NCBI GenBank assembly: GCA_051362555.1
Contig: CM120642.1
Location: forward strand, 27,838,001 to 27,902,000
Reading direction: 5' to 3'
From: Lingula anatina
Lineage: Eukaryota > Animalia > Brachiopoda
Length of the DNA stretch: 64,000 bases
Position 1 is the stretch's first letter; each line of letters starts with the position of its first letter. The position numbers were made by a program, and so were the translations under genes. Positions 25,601 to 37,549 of this stretch are shown one piece after another. The notes under the pieces were generated by a model. That model made no database searches and was not told the DNA's origin. It saw only the letters and a list, made by a program, of their open reading frames with translations.

Positions 25601-28600
25601 ATACCGACTAAAATATATGAACACTACCATTTATACGTGTACTATATACCAGACTTTTCTTGTGGTATCGCATTGATCAAATTTGGCAGACTGGTTCAAT
25701 AATACAGTAACAGGCTGGCATCAATTGTCATAATTTATTTCTCAATCCTCATGATTTGAAAACTAAGCAAAAAGTTTCCTATATAAATCTAGATACTAAC
25801 CATGAGTAGACAGCTCCTGCCTTAGAAAGAGCCAGACTACACTGTGCTCCACAGTACACCCGCACTATGTCCAGACCCTGCAGTTTCTCCACCAGTTTGG
25901 GGCTCTTGCAGCCCTCACTGCCACCTCTGCCTAGCTTGCCATAGTCCCCATCACCCCAGGAGAACACAGAACCTGAAGGGACAAACACTCAATAACTGTC
26001 CATAGCTTCCATATCATACACACTAAAAACAGTTTTTATCATTATAAATGACAAAAAAGATCTTAGTCAAATTTTTTACCATCATCTGTGAAAAAAGAAC
26101 CTGAAATGACAAAGACTATTTTCTCCCTTTCAAAGTGACCATAGCTTCTACACTAGATTACATCTTACACAGTTTTTACAACATATGACAAAAATGATCT
26201 TAGTCTTACACCATGTCTGTACATAAAAATGATCTTAGTCAAACACCTACCATCATCTGTAACAAAAGAACATGGAACCTGAAGTAACCAATATTCAATA
26301 TTGTCCCTTCCAAACTATTCACAACAAGCGTCTACACCATTAAGATTTTATGTTTTTCATAAATATGAAACCCAGACCTTTTTGAAACCCTTACCATCAT
26401 CAGTAACCACCAGTGTGTGTGCGTCCCCACTCCCACAGGCCACATCCACCACCTTATGCTCCTTCAGAGAGGCGACCAGGGTGGGAACGGTGACATCCTC
26501 GCTGCTGCCGTGACCCAGGCGGCCATAGTTACCCCGTCCCCACGTGTACAGCTCTCCGTCTGCTGTGACAGCAGCGCTGTACGTGCTCCCACAGCTGATG
26601 TTGACCACGTGCTTGCCACTGAGGGAGTTGATTTGGACAGGCTGGTCCCTGGAACTGGGATTAGGAATAGGTTTTAAAACAAAGAAGATGTAACAAACAG
26701 GCATAATATAAACAAGTAAGCAGATTTTTTTGATACAATTTTGATGAAAGAGTGACAGACTAATGTCAGTTTTCAGTAAAACATTAATTAAACAAACTTA
26801 TAATTAGCACCATTTGGACAAGTGATATCAGATCATGTGTTCATGAAAGCTGGATTTAGATTGCTGAATAAGCTGGTTTTATTGGGCTCTTCTAAAGCAC
26901 AAACAGCAAGATAAGTGGACTTTCTATAACTAATGTCAAAGGAAAACTAATAATTAACTACAAATGATAGGTGTTTTTTCTTTTGTTTGTAACCCTACTT
27001 GTTATCTCCTAGACCAAGTCTTCCACCATCTCCATTTCCCCAGGCGAAAACATCCCCATCACTGGACAGAGCCATGAAATGCTTGCCATCAGGGTGGGCC
27101 ACAACCTTCACGATATCTTTATCACCAAACCCTTCCACTGCCTGTACATTCTGTGCCTCGGAGGTGTAGTACAAACTGAAAACCTTGCCTGTCTTGGTCA
27201 GTGCCAACAGCGCCCTCTCTCCACAAACTATCTGCTGGATACCCCCCAGGTCACTGAGAGCTTGGACAAGCTGAGGTCCAGTTTTGCTAGTGCCCACCGT
27301 CCATGCTAGCCAGCCCCATCCAAGTACCTCCTGAGTTACTCGACTGCTGTTTGACTGGAAAAGAGAATAGGTTTTCTTATAGGTAGAGAAATGACAGAAT
27401 GTTGCCTAAATGTTGCATAGAACCTCTGTTTATAAGCAAATAAAAGATAACCAGTTAAATTTTGAATAAATTCAAAAGATCTGATTGATCTAAGCATGGC
27501 ATAAGCAAGGAAAATTTTGATCTGGGTGTAGTTTTAGAAACGGACTTACAACGAACCTCAAAACCCATGATAAATCCAGATTAGTTTACTTAACTGTGAA
27601 ACTGTTACTGATATATAAAAATAATAACAGTTACATTTTATACAAACAGGCACTTTATTTGATTGGACTACTACTTATTTATTCTGAATCAAAGGAATAA
27701 GACCATATCATCAAAGTTTCTTAATCTGGCTTCAGCCCACAATTCCATCTCAATATAATAGAGCAATGAAATAATATATATGTGCATCATTTAGATTGAC
27801 CAACCTTGTGGCTTTCTTGTGGAGGGTTGTAAGGTCCAGAGAGGCGGTCAAGGTGTGACACAATGACCACAGCACACTGTCTGAGGTCCAGCAGCATGTC
27901 TTCATCCTCTGGAATGGTGAGGTATCGGAGAAAACACTCCGTGGGACTGAAGCTGTAGTTGGACTGCAAAGAAAGAATTTTGTTACCTTAGTAGTACTTA
28001 ATATTATCTCAAATTTTTCAAAAGAAATATGAAGCAATGGCGTGCATTGCCTCAGCAGAATTACAATCAGTCTCATACCATACTTTATCTTGCTTAGAAT
28101 GACATTTAAAAAGAGTTTTAAAATACATTATTCATTACCTTATTTTCATGATCAAAATATCACTTTGGCAATCCAAAAGCAAATTTCATATTTCAATGTT
28201 AAAACTGCTATCTGTAAAAGTGAGTGCCACTGTGTATATGCACAAATAAATAAATGGATGAAATAAAATATATATAAATAAACAATCTACAATAAACAAA
28301 CAAACAAATGAATAAATAAATAAATCACTGGCAATTGTAATTCAATAAACACAGCTGCCTCTTTCCATACCTCGTCCATTTTCCCATGGTCCCAGGCAGA
28401 GTGGGACTTCTGCGACTGAATCTCATTGAACCTCTTCAACAGAGGGACAAGAGGGGCACTACTGAGTCCACAGCTCCTGTTGTCATGGTCATACTTGCTG
28501 TTGTTCCACAGATTAAGCAGCAAGTGGACTGCACCGAGCAGGTGGCTGAGAGAGCCACGCTGGACGGCCAGCTCTAACAGTAAAGCTAGTGCTATCTGCT

Positions 28601-30218
28601 GGTCCTGAATGGGGACCTTGCCTGACCCTTTGGCTGTGGCAGCTCCATTGAGGTCACTGGAAGGTCAAAGTTTAAAGGTCAAAGGGTAAATGTTGATTAC
28701 TAGGGGCTATAGTTAACTGAACTAGTCTTATATAAAAAAATATTTCTTCAAAAAAATTTTAAGTGAATTCTATCATATGGGGTGATAGCAAAGTGTTTAC
28801 CAATTGAATTTATTGCTGGGAAATATCAAAAGTAAAACTCCACATAAAAAAATTCAAAAACGTTAGGAAAATAAAGAAATTTACAAAACCATTTTTATCT
28901 GCTTGTGGTGAGAGAGCCTTTACAATCTACAATATTCATGCAGTAAAGGTACTTACCCTGCTACAACAGAGCGCAGAAATTTGGATGCTCTTTCCACCAC
29001 CTCCATCCAAACTGGTGACACTGTGCTCTCATCAAACAGAGTAGCTTCTGGCAATGCTCTGAGAGCATCCAGAGATTCTTGGAGAAGTTCGCTACACAAA
29101 TCTGCGTCTTCTCCAGACCTCCAAGCGCGGCGTAGGAATGCGAAAGCGAAACTGAGGGCAGCTCTGGAGCCCACCCTTGCTAAACCCATAGTGGCTTTCT
29201 CCACAGGTTTCTGACAGCTGCAAGATTGAAATGCAGAAAAACTTCAATAATTTCTGTTTCATGTTCTTTTACAGAGGCATATAGTTAATAGCAAGTCTGT
29301 TACAGCATTTCCAGAATTTTCTTTTTCTTTTTTGGAGAACAATTATTACTATCATATATAATATCAACTGATGTGAAAACAAATAAAACCATTAACTCAT
29401 AACAGCATCAATTTTTAAAACATGCCTTTTCTTTTTGTCCATGTTGGTTTGAATTGTCTGCTTTTTTCTTGTTGGAGATTTGCCCTCAGAGGGACTGTGG
29501 CGAGACAAGGCTGTGAAATATCTACAAGAAAACAGAAAACTTGAAAGAAATACTTTGGTACTTATACCTCAAACTACATCCAAACTAAAACTCATGATTC
29601 AATCTCAACAATCGCACATCTCTGATTAAAAGCAATTAATATCAATTTTTTAAAATTTTATTCTGTTCATATGATGATTTCATGTAATCTTCCTTCTCTT
29701 TAATAATATGGGATGACTCTATGCAGAAAATTATATGCGTACCTTTCCAGCACCACCAGCCTCTGTTTGAGTCTCATGGCGGACAGAGTGGTGCCCGCGG
29801 CATCACTCACCAGTTGATGGTGCTCATGAAGAAGGGAGTGAAGGCAAGCATTCAACTGATTCGAGTCTGAAAAATATGTGACACACTCTCGGATAACTCA
29901 GATTTACTTAATGTAAGATTTAAAACATAAGTAAAAAGAAATAAGCTATGCCTGTTAATTTGAAATAACCTGAAATCAATCTTCACTTATGCTCAGATCT
30001 CAGAACCAACAAAAACCATTGTGTAATCAAGGTATCAAGTCAAAAGTTCTTCATGTAGGAGACAAAAGGATGCTATTGCGTTAAGTTGAATTTCTTTGAA
30101 TTACAGTGGATACTTCTGAAATGTCTTTTTTTGTCCCCCCTGTATATGCCTTTTTACTTCTAACACACGAGCACACACGCATATGTGCACACACACACAT
30201 ACACAAACACACATGCAC

Positions 30219-30254
<36 letters not shown>

Positions 30255-33200
30255 CTGGTTGCTGGCCCCAAGTCCAGGAATCTATAATGGAGTGGGATGG
30301 TTTCGGCATCTTTGCCTCTTCTTCTTTTCTTTCTTTCTCCTCTTGGTCAAGTTTCTGGCAGGCTGAACAGTTGCAGCCATTGTTTGGACCACAGTGACTA
30401 TCACAGCAGGCACACGACAACACCTTGGCGCCACAGTAATACCTGCCGGTTTCACCTGTAGCAAAAACAAGGTATTCTATAAACACTGTGATTTAGATAA
30501 TCTGTTTCTAATTGTCATTGATTTTTCTTAGTCACAGCAACTTTGTGGCAATCTGGAGTTCTTTATGTTTGAGTGAGAATAGCTTACTAGTAGTACTTTT
30601 ACCATAGAAAATTTCAATCCCAGTGATTCCACAAAACATAAACATGCCAGACAAGACATAGTTCACCAAATCTGCCTTTAAGTTTCAATCTGATTGATTA
30701 TTAGTTAAGTACTACATCTCAAATTATTGTAACTGGCATAACTTTTCAATAACTGTCAAATCTTTGCCCCTGACCACTGCAGCCTTTTTACCATTTATTC
30801 TACTTTATTTTGTTTTGTGACAAGTTTCAAGCATATTTTGTTACTGGTAACAACCTTCAGTAACCTGTCATTTTTTTCCATACAACTGATGATGCCAATT
30901 TAACAAATTGCATTCATTATCTTTAGACCACTGCTATAATACCCATCCTGTTTTAATTTGATGTTTCGCTCTGCTTGAAGTATCCTAGGAAATAATTGTC
31001 AAGTTTGTTGTTGGCTTGGTTACAGTACAAAAACACAGTTTAACTAGAAGAGATTAACACCTACCTTTCTTGGCCAGTAGCCCAGCACTGTTAAGAATCC
31101 CATCACTGACATCACTGACTATCTCCCTGTCTTTGACCAACTCATTCCACAACTGACTCAGCCCATCATGAGAGAAGGCAGCCTGGAAAATAATACAGAA
31201 GTCATTAAACATCCCTTTTAATTCCAATGTATTAATTTTAGTCATTAAACATCCCTTTTAATTCCAATGTATTAATTTTAGTCATTAAACATCCCTTTTA
31301 ATTCCAATGTATTAATTTTAGTCATTAAACATCCCTTTTAATTCCAATGTATTAATTTTAGTCATTAAACATCCCTTTTAATTCCAATGTATTAATTTTA
31401 GTCATTAAACATCCCTTTTAATTCCAATGTATTAATTTTAACAAACGATGACTCGGGAGAGGGGGTCAAAAACAAAATATCATCTTCGTCAATAAAAAAA
31501 AAAAAAAGAAATACCAAAAAAATTTTTCTGCTAAAACATTTTGAAGTACACGTATATTTAACTTGGGCTCCTCCCAAATGAAAAGCCTTAGAATTTGTGT
31601 TGTTTATGAATGTATTCCACAATTTAGTAAGGAAAGGTATCACAAGGCTAAAGCCAACTTCCTTGGTTTATCAATTATGCTAGTAAATTTGCAGCCAAGT
31701 ATTTCACAAGCCTTTGCTGGTCTGTATCTATTAAAACTGATTTCAAATCAATTTCAAAAATAACTTGGCTCTCAAGTCTCAACTATTATGAAAAAGTGCA
31801 TACAGTGCAGTAGTAAATGATACACTGATGGATTCCACCTGTTTTTGCTGTTGGTTTATATTATTAGCACTGGCACATAATCAGAAGAAATGTTATATGT
31901 AGTCAGAGTAATTGGCTACTTCTTTGTAACAAGAGACCGTTCATCACCACCAACATCACTTCTTTCCCATTAGTACTGTCAGTGGGTGTGTGTAAAACAG
32001 GCAGCCTTGAGAAATATTATCTGTTAGAGCAAAGGAAATCTTCCACATAGATCTACATTTCACATCCCTATATACACCATTACAATCTTTTCACCCTGGT
32101 AATTTTTTTTTTCCAATACATCATTTATTACCATTTATTAACATGTTAATTTGTTTCATCATTTTATATGTAAATTTCAAACACCTAATTTCTTCTCATA
32201 TTTCATTTACTGTAATGAATAATTTTTCAAAAATTCAAAATTTCTAGACACTTCATTTCTTTACATTCCATTTAATGATATATAATATATTAACCAAAAC
32301 AGTTTCTGACATGAATACAACTTGCTTTGCCAAACTTCCAAGCATGATTTCCAAGAATTTACAAGTAAATCACAGAAATATTATTGACCAATCTTGTTTC
32401 AATATAGTCAAAACCATGAAGAAGAAATCTTCACTGGCTGACATCCTAACCAACTCTTAGTAATTTCAGAAATTGCAACCAAGTTAAGATACACGCATGT
32501 TGTCCTGATTTCTCTTTATTAACACGAACCATGGGATTAGAACATCACGAGCCAGTGCTAATTGACAGCTCTTCCAGAAGAAACTTGCAGTCGATCTAGA
32601 CTGAGGTGCCTAGTATTAATGATTTCTATACCTGCACTAATCTTGTCAACATGAAGCTCCTGTTCAGAGTGGTAATACGGTAAAAACTTGAAAATTTTGT
32701 TGGTCTTAAAAATTTTGTTAGAAGATGATTCTCTGCCAAAATAATTTTTTGTCAAACTTGAAAATGGGCCTCTTGATAATTTTGGAAAGTTTGTCACCAA
32801 ATATTGTCGTATTAGATTCATGCTTTTTAAAATATTAATTAATTTTTAAGTGACAAAATTTTCAGGTTTTTACCATAATTGCTAAGCTCCACATACATAT
32901 TGAAGAAAGACGGTCCTGGATTCTTATGATATATCATAATTATCTTGGTCTAGTCATACACAGAAATGTAAAGGATAGAACCACTGAATATAAGCGGGTG
33001 GTGCAATTACTAGTATACTTGACCAATGTTCAGTTTTATAAAGCCATCACAGACCAACCATCATCCAACAACTATAGCTGTATTCAGTGCTAAACTATTT
33101 GTACACTGAGAAAATGGGAATATTGTGAAACAAACAAGCCGTAAGATACACCAGCAAATTGAATAAACAGTTATTTCTGAGAAAACCATTCATACCAGAT

Positions 33201-35294
33201 AATTGCATTGCTATAAAAAGACAAATTATTCCTGGAATACTGCCAGTTTCAATAAAAAAAAAATCTCAGAAAAAATCCCATACAGGCTCTGATTCATCAT
33301 ATACCATAGGTTTTGGTTTCCAGTCCCAGGTTTTCTTATCAATTTCTACTTCCTTCCATTTTTTTTTTTATTTTTAAGTATTTTATTAAAAAAAACATGA
33401 TATTAACTGTTCAGATTTGTCAATAATGTCTGAGACAACCCAACTTAACCCGAAATAAAAATACAAAATAAAGAAATAAAATTAATGCTAATTAAAAGGA
33501 GAAGATTGTTAGCAGTAAAATTAAAATGTATATATGTACAAGTAATATATCATAAATTATCCATTCACAGCTTTCATGTATTTACTAGTATACTCAGTGC
33601 TGTGGAACAGGTTGTTCCAGGAAGACACTAATTAAAAGTCTCGGCATTTCCAGCACTGATGCCGATATAGCACCAACTGTAAGTGGATATTAAGACAAAC
33701 TGGTGTTTATTTTTGGGAATCCCTGTAGGATATCTGGATGCACTCTTAAACAAATCTTTCTCTGATGAAATCATGAACACTGAAAGGTTATGTTTAGAGG
33801 TTTGCCCACACTGTGCGTGGTAAGAGAAACTGCTATCCTAGCTGCCAACATAGCAAAGCTCAAAACATGCAGATGTATTGTTTAACATTTCACAATAAAA
33901 TAACACTAAAAATACACAGGCAATCAATATTGAAAATTTTTTAGAAAATTAAAAACATTGATTTATAAGAAGAGCTGCGAAAATTGTATTATGACATTCC
34001 TGAAGGCTGGACAAATGCTGGCTACAACTGACTTCTCTAGATACTGGGAAGATCTGTTTTCTCTTCCTTTTCTCTCTTTTCTCTTCTATTATTTCTTCAT
34101 CCTCCCTTCTTTCTTTTTTCATTTTTTTTTCTTTATTACTTAATTATGTAGGTGGGAGGGATGCAAGATTTTCTGGAGGCCACATATTGCTGTAAAAGCA
34201 CTGCATTTTTGCCACAAGTCCAGAGGCATTCCATTAAGACTGAAGCTGTTCAGACTGTTACCCTGTCTTTAACCTATCTAAAGAGCGTCTATAGCTAGAG
34301 GAGTGTTATGGTACTATTGAAGAAAGATCATACCTATATAACCCTGGTACATCTAAGCAGAGGTTGGAGGGCATGAGCTACAATGACAACCTGAAAGTCC
34401 AGCAACACTGCAGTTTACAAGACCAAGTTCATGGTAAAACGGATTGCTCTTTCGACCTGCAATTATTATTAAATATTTCGTAGAAAAACAACTCTGCTCT
34501 AAGTCTCTAAGTCAAACTATTATTAATAACGCAGTACACTGTACAGTAGATGTGTGTGCCTGCAATACTTCATTCCCCCCCCCCAGCCCCTTCTGCTCAA
34601 AACAATTAATCAATTTTGAATCTGCTCCATTAAAATATTTACCAAGAAACCAGAAGCAAATCTATACTGTGTGTGTGTATATAAGGTGCCGTTTTCCAGG
34701 CTCTGCCACCTGACCTGGTAATTAGACTTGTCAGGTGTTGTCAGGTAGGTATTACCTGTTCAGGGTTGTAAACAAACGTCTCTCAGTCTGGCAAAAAAAA
34801 ACAGGGGAAACAATTTGTAGGCAGCTAGAAGCCCATCAGGCCTCCAAACTGCAAGCTTACTGGAACGGTCTTAGTATAGAGACCAAGATCTCTTACTGCC
34901 CTCATTATATCGTCTCAGTATATATTAAATAATCTACCGTTGAATTCAATTTTACTTGAAGGGAGCTATCTCATGTTTTCAGATGTGCAGTGAGAAAAAT
35001 AAATGGAGAAAATATTTAGAATAGTAAATACATCAAGAAACAATTATCATACCTAAGTGTTTACACAGCAGAAAACCAGGACAAAAATAACTGTTTATAA
35101 CTGAGGCTAGATTGCATGTTATGATAATCAAAATGCCAAATGATGAATATGACTTGTATTTTTGGTCAAAGAAAGACATAATTCTTTTTATCCCAGATGT
35201 ATACCTGTAACATCTTCATGAAGAAGGTAAACAGTTCTAATGGTTTGGTGTAACCAAGATTGTGATGTGCCTGTGTATATGTGCACACATACAC

Positions 35295-35388
<94 letters not shown>

Positions 35389-36010
35389 TCAAACTCAGAT
35401 CACCTAGCCAAAGCATTCTCAATCAATAACTAAAAAACCTCAGCCTGCTACTGTTACTAAATGAACTACCTACGGAGTGCTTCCTAACTTGTCAAAACCT
35501 TTAACAATAAACCAATCCTTTTATGCCCAGCAGAAATACCAAGATACAAGGTGCTTCAATAAATATTTTAGTCACAGGTCTGTTTTAGGCATATATGTAT
35601 GTAAGCCTGTTATTAACCGTTTATTTTGATGAAATAGAGTGCTGCAGTGTTTTGCTTGAAAACATCTACCTTTTCTAAAACAAAAAAGCCCAAATGAAAG
35701 GAAAAATGCTACAGACAGCTTATGTCTGGCACGGCAGTAAATCTAGTAAAAATTTGGCTTTATAAGTTGCATCTTTGCTATGAACTCGGTCGAAATTTTC
35801 ACCTGACATCCTTTATCCTTTTACATTAGTACCATCATGAACATAATAAAAAACTGAGATCAAAGCTTAACATTCTTGCCACAATGCCCTTTTTTTTGTG
35901 CTCATAAAGAAAGTCACAAAAAAGGTTATTTTTCTTCTTACCTGTATGTCTGTCTTCAGCCACTTGGTGTCCAGGCGAACCTGAGGTCGCAATCTTGGAG
36001 CACGCTGCAT
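1..36010 (-). CDS. HERC2: E3 ubiquitin-protein ligase HERC2, multi-exon, 5' portion (RLD3/HECT lie off the left edge)
   Basis: First coding exon 36010-35942 = [23 protein letters not shown], next 31182-31065 = [18 protein letters not shown] (HERC2 N-terminus). Later exons in canonical order: RCC1 repeats, cyt-b5-like ([11 protein letters not shown]...GKVYD), MIB/HERC2 ([15 protein letters not shown]|DG), UBA (QLMEMGF), CPH ([19 protein letters not shown]), ZZ ([18 protein letters not shown]), DOC (WQSSGSQGK), RLD2. Splice phases are compatible at the junctions checked. Confidence 0.98.
4602..4643. repeat. (AAAT)n microsatellite
   Basis: Direct reading; it forms the pyrimidine tract just before the ZZ-domain exon acceptor on the minus strand. 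Confidence 0.9.
12043..12699 (-). other. HERC2: HERC2 MIB/HERC2 domain exons (phase-0 intron between WGDQ and DGPP)
   Basis: [18 protein letters not shown]|gtaacc...cag|[45 protein letters not shown]. Confidence 0.95.
19975..22052 (+). CDS. Nested TRIM E3 ligase (RING, B-box1, B-box2, coiled coil) with C-terminal MIB/HERC2 domain; exons 19975-21145, 21494-21567, 21891-22052; 468 aa
   Basis: RING CSVC...[11 protein letters not shown]...CLEKEC; B-box1 CDFC...[12 protein letters not shown]...H...H; B-box2 CIIH...CYQC...CENC...HSGH. Donor T|gtaagt at 21145/6, acceptor cag|AT at 21494, GAG|gtgaga at 21567, cag|GAT at 21891. The spliced tail reads [26 protein letters not shown]...[31 protein letters not shown] at 22209. 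Confidence 0.9.
24103..24320. mobile_element. Degenerate MITE (fold-back element) in a HERC2 intron
   Basis: Outer imperfect inverted repeat AGACTGCATTCCCACAGATTTAGAT / ATCTAAAATCTGTGGGTAGCACTCT and inner inverted repeat CTAAATTGCTGTCAGC / GCTGACAGTAATCTAG. GC-richer than the surrounding intron. Confidence 0.7.
25093..27355 (-). other. HERC2: HERC2 RCC1-like domain 1 (RLD1) exons
   Basis: [11 protein letters not shown]...[50 protein letters not shown]-like RCC1 repeats. Confidence 0.93.
30170..30254. repeat. Imperfect (CA)n microsatellite abutting a HERC2 splice donor
   Basis: Direct reading; on the minus strand CAG|gtgtgtgt... Confidence 0.9.
31201..31440. repeat. Perfect tandem minisatellite, 40 bp x 6
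   Basis: GTCATTAAACATCCCTTTTAATTCCAATGTATTAATTTTA repeated six times, with no spacers or mismatches. Confidence 0.97.
35299..35385. repeat. (GA)n microsatellite
   Basis: Direct reading. Confidence 0.95.
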
Positions 36011-36224
36011 GTTGGTCTTCAATTCTTCTAACTCACTTCTTCATATTCTGGGAAAAAAAGCACAGTTATAGATTTACTTACAATGCACATTCACTATTTG
36101 TACTTAGAACAAAATATTTTTTTTTGTTTAATTAATATGTTATTTGTAACCCTTACTGTAAACTGTCTCTCTTCCTTAGCAGGATGAAAATCATGAGACA
36201 ACGAACAAAAATATTTCGACATAT

Positions 36225-36273
<49 letters not shown>

Positions 36274-37477
36274 AGGCTAGGCATAACACAACTTCTATCT
36301 TAGAATTGAATAAAATACAGATGGTTTCAGTCTGTTATTTCTTAGTTTAAGGTAAACGGTGTTCAAGTCTAATCACTGTCTAGACTGTACCCACACTGAC
36401 AAGAACCAACTGTGCCGTAACAAAACATTGGCTTTAATTGATGAAAGATGTGATAAAAATACAAATACTCAGGTTAACTTATATTTACTGCTGGTGATGA
36501 GATAAAAGAATACTATTAGATTAATAAGTAAATTGACAAAATACAGAGATGACTGGAGGGAAGAGCAGTAAAACAGATAAAGCCAGTTAAATAGAGGAAA
36601 AGTTGGCTGATATATAAGGATGGATGGACAGACTAACCAACCGCTAAATACTGGTGTTATTAAATACTTCTGTCTGGTCAATGAGAGGTCAAATCTATCA
36701 CTGACCTATGCCCAAAATGTTTTTGAACATGTATATAATTAGTTTGAGTATTAGTTCAGCTTCTCTAGACTGTTTTAAACATAGTCTGCACATGTGCAGA
36801 GACTGCCTAAGTAAATGGATCAAGACTAGAATCCCACATAAAAGAAAAAAATTACAGAAAAACCTTTTACCTACAAATGAATAGAAAACAAAGCTGGTAA
36901 CTTTCATCATATGATTTTATCATTGCTCAGACCATGATTCATCTTGTGTGCAGCTTGCTGTTTGACCCCAGGATGTTCTTAACACGAGCGCACAGGCAAT
37001 TGATTTTCCTTTGTATCAATTTTTCTGTTGACCCTACAAACAGCCATCTTATCCTAGTTGCAATATCCTGAAAATTATTTATGTTAATGTATTATAATAT
37101 AGGGCCACATGCTTGGTTTATTACTTTAATCTAAGAATAGGTCTTCACATGATTTTACCCTTACTTTTATTTATATAGTATAAATGATGTAGCAGTTCTT
37201 GTTAAAATACAGTATCTATATTACAATAGCAGATCAGCCAAAGTCTCCTTTTCATGTTTTTCTCCAAAACTACAAGGAACTGTTGACAACTGACAAGTGT
37301 TAGCAATACTTTAGGGTAGTGGAAAGATAGTGGCCGTAGTTTGTATTTGATTATAACTGTTAAAAGTATATACAGTATTGAAGGCATTTTCTAGCCTTCA
37401 GCAATTTTCGTAAAGCTTCGATATGTGTGACAGGTATCATATATATATACTGTCAATAACAATACATCAGATAGCAA

Positions 37478-37549
37478 GCTTTGGTAGCTGAGTGGCAGCG
37501 TCCTAGGCTGCCAAACACGGTGAAGTAAGTTCAATTCCTGCTTAGTCAA
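37478..37549 (+). pseudogene. tRNA-like sequence (Gly-GCC-like pseudogene or tRNA-derived SINE head) followed by a T-tract
   Basis: A-box TAGCTGAGTGG and B-box GTTCAATTCC at tRNA spacing, CTGCCA at the anticodon-loop position, T-run from 37551. Acceptor and anticodon stems pair poorly. Confidence 0.6.

Noticed and set aside
31201-31440. Possible CRISPR array
   Set aside because: Repeats are contiguous with no spacers, there are no cas genes, and the context is a eukaryotic intron.
33755-33790. C/D-box snoRNA (TGATGA...CTGA)
   Set aside because: Boxes only about 11 nt apart, no terminal stem, and on the strand opposite to HERC2 transcription.
34700-34790. Cluster of Fox, E-box and homeodomain-like sites as an intronic enhancer
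   Set aside because: Short motifs expected by chance; unsupported without conservation or chromatin data.
35237-35422. ORF with LSLSLS run
   Set aside because: Translation of the (GA)n microsatellite.
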